From Syntrophales bacterium (GTDB taxonomy: Bacteria; Desulfobacterota; Syntrophia; Syntrophales; UBA5619): a stretch of DNA of 64,000 nt. The stretch is taken from NCBI GenBank assembly GCA_023229765.1, contig JALNYO010000001.1, forward strand, positions 228,415 to 292,414, in the 5' to 3' direction. Positions within the stretch are counted from its first letter, which is position 1, and the number at the start of each line of letters is the position of its first letter. Of this stretch, positions 30,767 to 39,881 are shown piece after piece. The position numbers and the translations under genes are program-made. The notes beneath the pieces are model-generated. The model saw only the letters and a program-made list of their open reading frames with translations. It searched no databases and had not been told where the DNA came from.

Positions 30767-33223
30767 ATGAAACGAATTATAATTTTTGCTTTGCTGTTAA
30801 TTGGCTGCTTATTATCCCCGTCCGAGGGTGTGACGGGCGCAAATGAAGGTATTTATTACAGCATTCATAATGGTTCCTACCGCACGGAAAAAAGCGCTCG
30901 TCAGTATGCCGATTCACTCAAGAAGCAGGGCATTCCGGTCTTTATAGACAAGGTAGAAATATCTGAAAAAGGTACATGGTACCGGGTTTATGCCGGCAAG
31001 TACGGGGATCTGAAAAAAGCGAAGAGCGCAATCGCTGCATTGAAAAAGAAAAATATCGGGGGATTGGGGCCTATCAGGAAGTTTTATGTAGTTGATTCCG
31101 CAGGACTTGCTCCTCAGGATGCAAAGGCAAATAAAGGGAAGGCGCTGCCTATTGCCGGGAATACCTCCTTAAACGCAAAGGTTGAGGAACTAAAAGCTTC
31201 AGAAATAAAAGTTGAAGTGGAGAAGGATAGAATTCCCGAGAAGGGCAGTCCTCCGGCAGATGCGAACAGCCCAAAAATAGAATCGGCGGCAGCCAATTCC
31301 ATTATCGATCAGGCTGGTAGAGCTTTTCAAGAGAGACGCTTTTCAGAAACCATAGAACTTCTGAATAGTTTTGCAAGTCCGGGACATCCTGATAAGCGCT
31401 CAGCGGAAGCGGCGCTACGCATGATCGCCGACTCATGGTATGGAATCGGGGAAAAAGGCGATTCTCAAGCTTTGCTCAAGAGCGTTGATCATTACAAAAT
31501 GGTTTTTGATCGTTACCCTGATCCGGCCTCAGGAAACGACATTGCTTACTACAAAATGGCAAAAAGTTATCAGAAATTAAATTTTTTTTATGAGGCGGCA
31601 GCGGCCTGGGAGGGTATAGTTTTGCACTATCCCGACTCTCCCTTTGCTGAAGAGGCTTTTTTCCAAAGCGGGTACGCACTTGTTTCTACGGGGAAAAAAG
31701 AAAAAATATTCGAAAAATTATCCAGATATATAAAAAAATATCCCAACGGCATTTTTGCCAAGCAGGCATATTTCACGATCGGCGATACCCTTTCCAGACT
31801 GCGCGATTTTGATCAAGCTGTTAAATGGTTTGACTCGGCGAGAAAAAAGTGGCCGGATTTATCCGATCTGCCCGAGCATGTGATGGATAGCATGGGCAAT
31901 AGTTATTTTGCCCTGGCAAGATATGATGATGCCTTTCAGACATCCTCGGTTCTGGCAAATCTTTATCCAAACGATGATTTTGGGAAAAACGCCTTTTTTA
32001 CCATGGCACAGGCAGCCGATAAGAACGGATATGTCCATCTGGCGGTCAAACTTTATGGTCTATTTATAAAAAAATATCCGCAAACCAAGGAAGCTGGGGC
32101 AAGTGAGCTGGCGCTGGCGAAGCTGGGCCTGGAAAATCCAGGGCTTAAGTTGTCGGCGAATATCTGGAATGTTGATAGTTATTTGCACCCTCTGCAAACT
32201 TACGACAGGATTCTGGCGAAAGGGGGGGCAGGGGATTTGGAACGGGTAATGTTCTGGAGAGGAAAGGCACTTGAGAAAAATGGAGATGTCCGGGGCGCTT
32301 TAGATAATTATTTAGAAATGTTAAACAAGTATCCGCGGGGAAAATTCATTGATGAGGTTTTGCAGAACATGAAAACTTCTGTCGCAGCGCTTGTCGATAG
32401 CAGTTATGCGAAGAACGATTATCCGGCAGTAGCTGATCTGTATTTCAAACTGCGGGGAAAAGTTACCCTCTCCGAGGATTACGCAACCGGGTTTAAAATT
32501 GGCAGGAGCTTGCAGCATATTGGGATTTACAGAGAGGCAAGGGGCATATATAATGAATTAATTGATGTCAGAAAAGATGGTCATGACGACGAACTTTTGA
32601 TAGCCCTTGCCGAGGTGGATATTGCGTTGAAGGATAGCGTTGCCGCTGAATATAAACTACGTCAACTTTCCGGCAGGAGGCTAATGGGCAATAATAAAAT
32701 GCTGCCAAACGTGACAAGAAGGCTGGCCGATCTTTATTTGGCGTTAGGAAATTTTGAGAAGGCGGCAGCCATTTACTATGAGGTTATCAAACAGGGCGGG
32801 CAACGGGACGCTGGTCTTTATTTGAATTATGGCCGCTGCCTGGCAGCCAAAAAAATGACGGGCGAGGCGCAGAAAATATTTCTTACAGCCCTTGAGTATT
32901 GTGAAAGCAACCGTGACGGTTGTGATAATTCTATTTTATCAGAAATATACGCCGGTGTTGGGGATGTTTACGGGCGACAGAATAATTTCGATAAAGGGGT
33001 TGCCATGTATCGCAAAGCTCTGGAATATGTTTCTGACCAGGAAAGCAAAAGATGGTTGATGTTGCGAATCGGGAAGGCATATAGCGCTATGGATGATTTG
33101 GGGGCGGCGGAGAAATCTTTTTCCCAGATTAAAGGGGTTCCTGATGGCGACTTCTGGCCGGGGATAGCTGATTATTTTATTTCGCAAAGCTCGAGGGGGC
33201 TGGATAGCAGAGGCAAACAATGA
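30767..33223 (+). CDS. lipoprotein with N-terminal SPOR domain and long TPR (BamD/CpoB-like) repeat region
   Basis: Signal peptide plus lipobox MKRIIIFALLLIGC. SPOR-like YYSIHNGSYRTEKSARQYADSLKKQGIPVFIDKV...WYRVYAGKYGDLKKAKSAIAAL. Repeated ...YPDSPFAEEAFFQSGYAL.../...KKYPNGIFAKQAYFTIGD... TPR units. Stop overlaps the kinase start (ATGA). Confidence 0.8.
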   Translation: MKRIIIFALLLIGCLLSPSEGVTGANEGIYYSIHNGSYRTEKSARQYADSLKKQGIPVFIDKVEISEKGTWYRVYAGKYGDLKKAKSAIAALKKKNIGGLGPIRKFYVVDSAGLAPQDAKANKGKALPIAGNTSLNAKVEELKASEIKVEVEKDRIPEKGSPPADANSPKIESAAANSIIDQAGRAFQERRFSETIELLNSFASPGHPDKRSAEAALRMIADSWYGIGEKGDSQALLKSVDHYKMVFDRYPDPASGNDIAYYKMAKSYQKLNFFYEAAAAWEGIVLHYPDSPFAEEAFFQSGYALVSTGKKEKIFEKLSRYIKKYPNGIFAKQAYFTIGDTLSRLRDFDQAVKWFDSARKKWPDLSDLPEHVMDSMGNSYFALARYDDAFQTSSVLANLYPNDDFGKNAFFTMAQAADKNGYVHLAVKLYGLFIKKYPQTKEAGASELALAKLGLENPGLKLSANIWNVDSYLHPLQTYDRILAKGGAGDLERVMFWRGKALEKNGDVRGALDNYLEMLNKYPRGKFIDEVLQNMKTSVAALVDSSYAKNDYPAVADLYFKLRGKVTLSEDYATGFKIGRSLQHIGIYREARGIYNELIDVRKDGHDDELLIALAEVDIALKDSVAAEYKLRQLSGRRLMGNNKMLPNVTRRLADLYLALGNFEKAAAIYYEVIKQGGQRDAGLYLNYGRCLAAKKMTGEAQKIFLTALEYCESNRDGCDNSILSEIYAGVGDVYGRQNNFDKGVAMYRKALEYVSDQESKRWLMLRIGKAYSAMDDLGAAEKSFSQIKGVPDGDFWPGIADYFISQSSRGLDSRGKQ

Positions 33224-34440
33224 ATGAAATAATGTCACTAAAAAAATTATTGGAAAATTTTAACGCCTCGACCGATTCTCTCAAACGTTCTTACGCCGAT
33301 CTTGAAGCAAAATTTACGAATATCAATACTGAACTGGAAAAAAAGAACATAGACCTTGAACGTTCCGTCTCCGAAAAGGAGGAAATTAAAAATTATCTCC
33401 AAAACATTCTCGAAAGTTTGACCGATGGGGTCATTGTTACCGACATTGAAGGCAAAGTCCAGCGTCTTAACAGGTCTGCCGGAATATTTGCAGAGATCGA
33501 GGAAGGCGATGCAAAAGGAAAACATATCTGGGTCGTTTTAGACATTCCTGAAACTGAACAAAAAAAAGGCAGTTCATTTTCTGAATATTTATCGATGCTA
33601 GACAAGAATAAAATCAAGCTGAAAGGCAGATCAATAGAAATATTCAGTTCTCTGCTTGCAACGAGAAATAACGAGGCGTCGGGGAATGTGCTGGTGCTTC
33701 ATGATGTCACTCGGGTGGAAAGACTTGAGGAGATGGCGAAAAGGAGCGAGAAGTTTGCGCTTATGGCGGCAATGGCTGCCTACATTGCCGAAGAAATCCG
33801 GAATCCTTTAGGAAGCATTGAACTTTTTACCGGCTTGCTGATGAAGGATGTAACGGGGAAAAAAGATAGGCAGCGGCTGGAACAGATTGAGACAGCGGTA
33901 CGGAGAATGGATTACAAGATCGCTAATCTACTTATGTTTACTCAAACAAGAGTTCCTGATATGGTACGGGTCGATATTAATGAAATGCTGAAAGAGGCAT
34001 TGTCTTTTGCGGAATACATTGCTTCCCAGGGCAATATTGCGATTGATTGCCGCTTTACCGAAAGCGAGCCAAACGTTATTGGTGATGTGGAAATGCTCAA
34101 GCAGCTGTTTCTTAACATCATCCTCAACTCTATCCAGGCCATGCCGGAGGGAGGCAAGTTGCAGATAGAGACGAAAGTCTTCCAGGAGAGTAGTGCCGCC
34201 GGAGCGGCTGCTTATTACCTGGAGATAGTCTTTAAGGATAACGGGGCAGGCATTCCGGAAGCGAATATGCCAAAAATATTTGATCCCTTTTTCAGCACAA
34301 AAGAAGGAAGGTCTGGACTTGGCTTGACAATTGTTCATAATATTGTTCAGTTGCATAAGGGAACTGTTCACATAGAAGGCGCTGAAAGGGGGGGGACATT
34401 GGTAACCGTTCTGCTTCCGTACGATGTCAGGCCGCATTGA
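33220..34440 (+). CDS. cytoplasmic PAS sensor-kinase-like protein (FlrB/FlgS-like position) with H-box His replaced by Glu
   Basis: Coiled-coil N-terminus, PAS (ILESLTDGVIVTDIEGKV). H-box reads AAYIAEEIRNPLGSI, with Glu codon GAA at 33790-33792 where His is expected. Intact N/G1/F/G2 boxes (NIILNSIQAM, DNGAGI, FDPFFSTK, GLGLTIV). Confidence 0.85.
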   Translation: MNEIMSLKKLLENFNASTDSLKRSYADLEAKFTNINTELEKKNIDLERSVSEKEEIKNYLQNILESLTDGVIVTDIEGKVQRLNRSAGIFAEIEEGDAKGKHIWVVLDIPETEQKKGSSFSEYLSMLDKNKIKLKGRSIEIFSSLLATRNNEASGNVLVLHDVTRVERLEEMAKRSEKFALMAAMAAYIAEEIRNPLGSIELFTGLLMKDVTGKKDRQRLEQIETAVRRMDYKIANLLMFTQTRVPDMVRVDINEMLKEALSFAEYIASQGNIAIDCRFTESEPNVIGDVEMLKQLFLNIILNSIQAMPEGGKLQIETKVFQESSAAGAAAYYLEIVFKDNGAGIPEANMPKIFDPFFSTKEGRSGLGLTIVHNIVQLHKGTVHIEGAERGGTLVTVLLPYDVRPH

Positions 34441-34524
34441 ACACTGCCAATATTTTGGCGCAGCGAAAATTAAGAAGTTAAAAGTTGGCTTTTTGGGCAT
34501 CATCAATAAATAAATCTACGACAG

Positions 34525-35895
34525 GTGGAGATGCAGCGGATCCTTGTAGTTGATGACGATTTTGCAATGAGAACAGCGCTTGCCGAGTCTCTGGAGAGTT
34601 GCGGCTTCGAAGTTGAGATGGCTGAAGACGGCGCTGTTGCCGTCAAAAAATTCCACAAGGTTGGTTTTGCGCTTGTAGTAACCGATCTGAGGATGCCGAA
34701 GATGACAGGGATTGATGTCCTACGGGCAGTTAAGAAGGTAAAGCCTCATACCCCGGTTATTATTATTTCGGCATATGGCACTGTACAAGACGCGGTTGAG
34801 GCGATGAAATATGGAGCGTCGGAGTTTCTGCTGAAGCCTTTTTCCCTCGAAGAACTGGAAACCAAGGTAAAGAATGTTTTGCGGGCCGATAAAGAAGACG
34901 AAATTGCCGGCGAGCAGCCGCTGGAAAAAAGCCAAAATTGGGCAATAATAACGCAAAATGAAAGAATTAACGCTATTCTGGGAATGTTGAAAAGTGTTGC
35001 CAAGAGTAAATCCACTGTCCTTATTTACGGGGAAAGCGGTACAGGGAAGGAGTTGTTTGCACGGTACATCTATACCAACAGCGACCGGGGGAAAGAACCT
35101 TTTGTTGCGGTAAACTGCGCCGCAATACCGCACAACCTGTTGGAAAGCGAAATGTTTGGCTATGAAAAAGGCGCCTTTACCGGCGCCCTGCAGCGAACCC
35201 CGGGGAAATTCGAGTTGGCAAACGGCGGGACACTGCTTTTGGATGAGATCAGCGAAATGGACATGGGGCTTCAGGCGAAGCTGCTGCGCGTTCTGCAGGA
35301 ATCGGAGGTTGACAGAGTCGGGGGAAGAGCGCCGGTGCCTATTGACGTCCGGATTATTGCCACAACAAACGCAGACTTGTTGGAACGTGTCCGGGAAAAG
35401 AACTTTCGTCACGATTTGTACTATCGCTTGAATGTAATCCCGGTAAAGATTCCTCCCTTGCGGGAAAGAGGAAACGACATTAGACTTCTGATTGATCACT
35501 TTCTTAATAAAAACAGTAAACTAAATAGGAAGTCGCAACCGGAACTAACGAAAGAGGCGCTTGCGGCTATGCTTTCTTACCCATGGCCGGGCAATGTCAG
35601 GGAACTTGAGAACACGATTGAGAGGGCTTTTTTGGTTAGTGCGGATGGCGTTATAAGGGCGGAAAATCTTTATTTGGACAATAACGGCGGGACCGAGATG
35701 GCGCCCTTGGCGGAAAATAGAGGTGGAAGCGCTGCTTCATCAGGCACTATCAGCGATATGGAGAAGAAGCTTATCTTTGACACACTCAAGGCCGTTGCCG
35801 GCAACAAGTCCGAGGCAGCAAAGATATTGGGGGTAAGCATAAGGACGATTCGCAACAAACTGCACGAATATGGCGAAGCCGGCAGTGATGACTGA
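34525..35895 (+). CDS. sigma-54-dependent response regulator (NtrC/FlrC/FleR class)
   Basis: REC (VVDDD...VVTDLRMP...LLKPF), AAA+ with GESGTGKE and GAFTGA loop (EKGAFTGA), C-terminal Fis-type HTH (AAKILGVSIRTIRNKL). Start GTG 34525 or ATG 34531. Confidence 0.92.
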   Translation: MEMQRILVVDDDFAMRTALAESLESCGFEVEMAEDGAVAVKKFHKVGFALVVTDLRMPKMTGIDVLRAVKKVKPHTPVIIISAYGTVQDAVEAMKYGASEFLLKPFSLEELETKVKNVLRADKEDEIAGEQPLEKSQNWAIITQNERINAILGMLKSVAKSKSTVLIYGESGTGKELFARYIYTNSDRGKEPFVAVNCAAIPHNLLESEMFGYEKGAFTGALQRTPGKFELANGGTLLLDEISEMDMGLQAKLLRVLQESEVDRVGGRAPVPIDVRIIATTNADLLERVREKNFRHDLYYRLNVIPVKIPPLRERGNDIRLLIDHFLNKNSKLNRKSQPELTKEALAAMLSYPWPGNVRELENTIERAFLVSADGVIRAENLYLDNNGGTEMAPLAENRGGSAASSGTISDMEKKLIFDTLKAVAGNKSEAAKILGVSIRTIRNKLHEYGEAGSDD

Positions 35896-35939
35896 AAGCG
35901 TAAGCTTAATGTTCACAAAGCGTAAACTTACTGTTCATA
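35896..35939 (+). promoter_or_regulatory. tandem 22-bp direct repeat, candidate enhancer (UAS) for the flgB sigma-54 promoter
   Basis: AAGCGTAAGCTTAATGTTCACA (35896-35917) and AAGCGTAAACTTACTGTTCATA (35918-35939), 19/22 identical, 113-156 nt upstream of the -24 element. The repeat is seen directly; its function is inferred. Confidence 0.45.
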
Positions 35940-36051
35940 AAAAAGGCGATAATGTTCCGGAGACGGGAATTTTTTTCCTCGGTATAAAGTATTGGGGCGA
36001 TTCTTTAGCCAAAATAAGATAACTTATGCGTGGTAAAACAAGCGGGAAAAA

Positions 36052-36067
36052 TGGCATATTGCTTGCA
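36052..36067 (+). promoter_or_regulatory. sigma-54 promoter of the flgB operon
   Basis: TGGCAT-attgc-TTGCA, near-consensus, correct 12-nt GG/GC spacing, 26 nt upstream of flgB ATG. Confidence 0.8.
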
Positions 36068-36092
36068 TAAATGATGAAGGGGAGGATAGCCG

Positions 36093-36473
36093 ATGAACGG
36101 ACTTTTTGGTAAGACGATCGATCTTTTATCGAACATGCTCGATTTCCGGGCGGAACGTCATAAAGTGATCTCTTCTAATATAGCCAATTTGGATACCCCG
36201 GGTTACAAGCCGTCGTCACTTGATTTTAAGGGAAATCTTGACGAGATAATGAATAAAAACGAATCACTGGAAATTACGACAACGAATCCTCGGCACATAA
36301 AATCAGGGGGCGGAAAGGGCGGCGATTTTCAGGTCTCCCAGTCGGGAGAGAAGGTCGAAATTGATAAGGAGATGGCGGAACTGGCGGAAAACAATATTAT
36401 GTATAATTTGGACGTGGAAATGCTGGCGAGAAAGTTTCGCGGATTGAACACAGTCTTAAAGGAGACAAAGTAA
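36093..36473 (+). CDS. flgB: flagellar basal-body rod protein FlgB
   Basis: ISSNIANLDTPGYKP rod-family N-terminal motif; first gene of the flgBC-fliE unit. Confidence 0.93.
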   Translation: MNGLFGKTIDLLSNMLDFRAERHKVISSNIANLDTPGYKPSSLDFKGNLDEIMNKNESLEITTTNPRHIKSGGGKGGDFQVSQSGEKVEIDKEMAELAENNIMYNLDVEMLARKFRGLNTVLKETK

Positions 36474-36474
36474 G

Positions 36475-36897
36475 ATGGATTTTTCAGCGTCTTTTAAAAT
36501 TTGCAGTGACGGACTCCAGGCGCAGCGGACCAGAATGGATGTAATAACGAGCAATATTGCCAATGCTGAGACAACGCGCACAGCGGAAGGCGGCCCTTAT
36601 AAGAGGAAAACCGCGGTTCTTTCGTCGGAACCGCTGGCGAACAGTTTCGGGGAGACCCTGAATAATGCGGTAATGTCGGTTAAGGTGGAAAAGATTGTGG
36701 AAGATAACGGGGTGAAGATGGTTTATGACCCGAAGCATCCCGACGCCAATCCGGAAGGATATGTGGCGAAGCCAAATATCAATTTGATGTTGGAGATGGC
36801 GGAAATGATCACGGCCAGCCGAAACTATGAGGCATGTGTTACCGCGCTTGACGCGACCAAGAATATGACTTTAAAAACGCTAGATATAGGGAAATAG
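36475..36897 (+). CDS. flgC: flagellar basal-body rod protein FlgC
   Basis: ITSNIANAETTRTAEGGPYKRK and C-terminal EMAEMITASRNYEA. Confidence 0.95.
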   Translation: MDFSASFKICSDGLQAQRTRMDVITSNIANAETTRTAEGGPYKRKTAVLSSEPLANSFGETLNNAVMSVKVEKIVEDNGVKMVYDPKHPDANPEGYVAKPNINLMLEMAEMITASRNYEACVTALDATKNMTLKTLDIGK

Positions 36898-36940
36898 TAA
36901 GGTAATGTAAATACAAAATCGAGGCAAGGGGGTGTTATTT

Positions 36941-37246
36941 ATGGAGGACATGATTATCAGGGGTGGCGATTTACTGCCGCCGGGGTTTGATAAGGTTAAA
37001 TCCCCGGGGGATAAACAAACCGGAGGAAAAGATTTTTCCCAGGTTCTTAATGAGGCTGTTCAGGGTATTAATCAACTACAGCAAAATGCTGATGAAGCGA
37101 TTGCCAAGGTTCAGTTAGACAACACGGCAAGCGTCCATGAGGCCCTGATCGCTCTGGAAAAAGCCGATATCTCCTTTCGCGCCATGATGCAGGTGAGGAA
37201 TAAAATACTGGAAGCGTATCAGGAGGTTATGAGAACTCAGGTTTAA
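36941..37246 (+). CDS. fliE: flagellar hook-basal body complex protein FliE
   Basis: FSQVLNEAVQGINQLQQNADEA... and C-terminal FRAMMQVRNKILEAYQEVMRTQV; ATG 36941 (GTG 36932 possible). Confidence 0.92.
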   Translation: MEDMIIRGGDLLPPGFDKVKSPGDKQTGGKDFSQVLNEAVQGINQLQQNADEAIAKVQLDNTASVHEALIALEKADISFRAMMQVRNKILEAYQEVMRTQV

Positions 37247-37295
37247 AGGTGGGGAGCGGCTAAAGAGGTATATCCGTATTTAATTGGACAAAAAG

Positions 37296-38840
37296 ATGGA
37301 CCAATTCGTAGAATTCTTGTCGAAATTAAAGGCTGTGCTTGCTTCCTTTTCGCCGGCGAAGAAAATGTCGCTCGTGGCGGTAACCATAATTGCCCTGGCC
37401 GGCATAGGTTTTATTGTTTACTATAGCGGGCAGGTTGAGTATCGGGTGCTTTTCTCCAATCTTTCCAGTGAAGATGCCGGCAGCATAGTAAGTAAACTCC
37501 AAGAGAAGAAGGTTCCCTACAGCCTATCGCCGGGTGGAGATGTGGTATCCGTTCCGGCGGAACGGGTCGCGGAATTGAGGCTGGAAATGGCGACCGCCGG
37601 GTTGCCCCAGGGCGGAGGCGTCGGATTTGAGATCTTCGATCAAAAGTCTTTTGGCAGTTCAGAATTTGAGCAGCAGATAAATTACCGTCGGGCCCTTCAG
37701 GGGGAATTAACCCGTACAATAAACAGTTTGGAGGAGATACAGCAAAGCAGGGTTCATCTGGCCCTTCCCAAAGATTCACTCTTTATTGAGCAGCAGAAGA
37801 AGTCAACTGCTTCTGTCACCGTTAAGTTAAAACCGGGGAAGTCGCTTCGTCCCTTGCAGGTAGAGGGCATAGCTCATCTGGTTGCAAGCAGCGTGGAGGG
37901 GATGAATGCCGAAGATGTTATAATCGTTGACAGCAAAGGGAATGTCCTTTCCAGCATGCCTTCCGATTCAAAGATAGCGAAAATGACGTCGGCCCAGATT
38001 GACTATCAGCGGGCAGCCGAAAAAGAAATGGCCTCGCGCATTCAGTCGCTTCTGGAGAATGTTGTCGGAAAGGGCAAGGCTGTTGTCCGGGTATCTGCCG
38101 AGATGGATTTCAGTATTATTGAGCAAACGGAAGAAAAATACGATCCCGAGTCGCCGGTGGTGCGAAGTGTCAAAAGAATGACTGACAAAACCACGGCGCC
38201 GGCAAACGCAGCCGCGGATTCCAATAACCAGGAACATGACAAAGCGGACGAGACAATAAACTATGAGATAAACAAGGTGGTCAGCAAGACGGTTCTGCCC
38301 GTGGGCGCCGTTAAAAAAATATCCGTGGCTGTTCTGATTGACGGTGTTTACGCTAAAAATGATAAGGGCGCTGAGGTTTATCAGCCGCGAGTACAAAAGG
38401 ATATAGACGCCCTCGCCGGTCTGGTGCAAAAGTCTGTCGGGATAAACACGGCGCGCGGCGATCAGATTGTTGTCACCGAAATGCCTTTCAGCAAGGTTGA
38501 TTTGGCAGGCGATCTGCCGGCGCCATCAACCTGGCGGGAAAAATTTTCCTTTTTCTTTCCTTTGATTAAGTATCTGCTGGCATTTATTGCAGTTTTCGTC
38601 CTGATTATGTTTTTTGTCAGGCCACTGCTCAAAGAGGTTATGACAAGAGATATCTCTCGTTCCCTGGGAGAGCTGAGAGGGATGTCCGCAGTCGGCGCTC
38701 CGGTTGAGGATACCGTTAATATTTCTTCCTTTTCGGAGGGCGGTGCACAGAAAGAATTATCGAATCGTGAGCTTGCAAAGAGACTGGCAGAGGAAGACGC
38801 CAAAAAATTTGCAGAAGTACTGAAAACATGGCTTAAATAA
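37296..38840 (+). CDS. fliF: flagellar MS-ring protein FliF
   Basis: N-terminal TM, YscJ/FliF domain (LEMATAGLPQGGGVGFEIFD), second TM near the C-terminus; ATG 37296. Confidence 0.94.
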   Translation: MDQFVEFLSKLKAVLASFSPAKKMSLVAVTIIALAGIGFIVYYSGQVEYRVLFSNLSSEDAGSIVSKLQEKKVPYSLSPGGDVVSVPAERVAELRLEMATAGLPQGGGVGFEIFDQKSFGSSEFEQQINYRRALQGELTRTINSLEEIQQSRVHLALPKDSLFIEQQKKSTASVTVKLKPGKSLRPLQVEGIAHLVASSVEGMNAEDVIIVDSKGNVLSSMPSDSKIAKMTSAQIDYQRAAEKEMASRIQSLLENVVGKGKAVVRVSAEMDFSIIEQTEEKYDPESPVVRSVKRMTDKTTAPANAAADSNNQEHDKADETINYEINKVVSKTVLPVGAVKKISVAVLIDGVYAKNDKGAEVYQPRVQKDIDALAGLVQKSVGINTARGDQIVVTEMPFSKVDLAGDLPAPSTWREKFSFFFPLIKYLLAFIAVFVLIMFFVRPLLKEVMTRDISRSLGELRGMSAVGAPVEDTVNISSFSEGGAQKELSNRELAKRLAEEDAKKFAEVLKTWLK

Positions 38841-38885
38841 TCCAGGATTAAGAGGCCTTATTATAAAAAAAGGTATGATGGTTTT

Positions 38886-39881
38886 ATGAATGATGAAGAA
38901 AAAGCGGCGATAATGCTACTTGCCCTGGATGAGGATTTAGCCTCCAGGGTAATGAAGAATCTGCGCCCCGCTGATATAAAAAGGTTGGGGAGACAGATGA
39001 GTAAAATGACCAATGTCTCTGCGGACACGGTTAATTCGGTGGCAAGTGAGTTTTGCGGAATAGCGAGGGAACAGTGGCATGGTTTGACCGTCAGCTCGGA
39101 AACATCGAGGAATATTGTAATGAAGGCGCTTGGGGAACAGGATTCGCAACAGATATTGAGCGATATCGCCAATGATAGAGATTCGGAAAACCCGATTCTT
39201 GAAAAATTAAGGGATGTTGATCCAAAGATGCTGGCGGACTTCACTAAAACTGAACATCCCCAGACGATAGCTCTTATTATGGCCCATCTACGTCCCGAGC
39301 AGGCGGCGGAAATGCTGGATTGCTATTCGCAGCCGCTCCAGTGCGAGATAACAAAAAGGATGGCGACTCTTAAGGGGGTCCCTTATGAATTCATTGCGGA
39401 AGTTGCAAATACACTGGAAAAAGAGATAACCACAGGCGCAAAAAGCGACCGAAAACTTGGCGGGGCCCGTTTCATAGGAGAGATATTGAACAAGATGGGG
39501 CGCGTCAGTGAAAGTGCGATTATTTCCGCCCTGGATGAGATTGAACCTGAAATTGCCTCCGAAGTTCGTAATTTCATGTTCAGTTTTGAGGATGTTCTCA
39601 AACTCGATGATAAAAGTATCCAGGAGCTGTTGCGCGAGATCAGCTCCGAGGATCTTTCTCGTGCTCTTAAGCTGACTGATGAAAATATGAGGGATAAGAT
39701 TTATCGTAATATGTCCAAACGGGCAGCGGAAATGCTGAAGGAAGAGATTCAGATGATGCCCCCGATCAGGCTTTCCGAGGTAGAGGCCAGTCAGCGGAAA
39801 ATAGTAGAAGTAACAAAGAGACTTGAAGATGAGGGGAAGATTGTTATTCAACGAGGGGGGGCGGAGGATGCCTTCGTCTGA
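38886..39881 (+). CDS. fliG: flagellar motor switch protein FliG
   Basis: EKAAIMLLAL, MFSFEDV, C-terminal charged helix region (RAAEMLKEEIQMMPPIRLSEVEASQRKIV). Confidence 0.96.
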   Translation: MNDEEKAAIMLLALDEDLASRVMKNLRPADIKRLGRQMSKMTNVSADTVNSVASEFCGIAREQWHGLTVSSETSRNIVMKALGEQDSQQILSDIANDRDSENPILEKLRDVDPKMLADFTKTEHPQTIALIMAHLRPEQAAEMLDCYSQPLQCEITKRMATLKGVPYEFIAEVANTLEKEITTGAKSDRKLGGARFIGEILNKMGRVSESAIISALDEIEPEIASEVRNFMFSFEDVLKLDDKSIQELLREISSEDLSRALKLTDENMRDKIYRNMSKRAAEMLKEEIQMMPPIRLSEVEASQRKIVEVTKRLEDEGKIVIQRGGAEDAFV

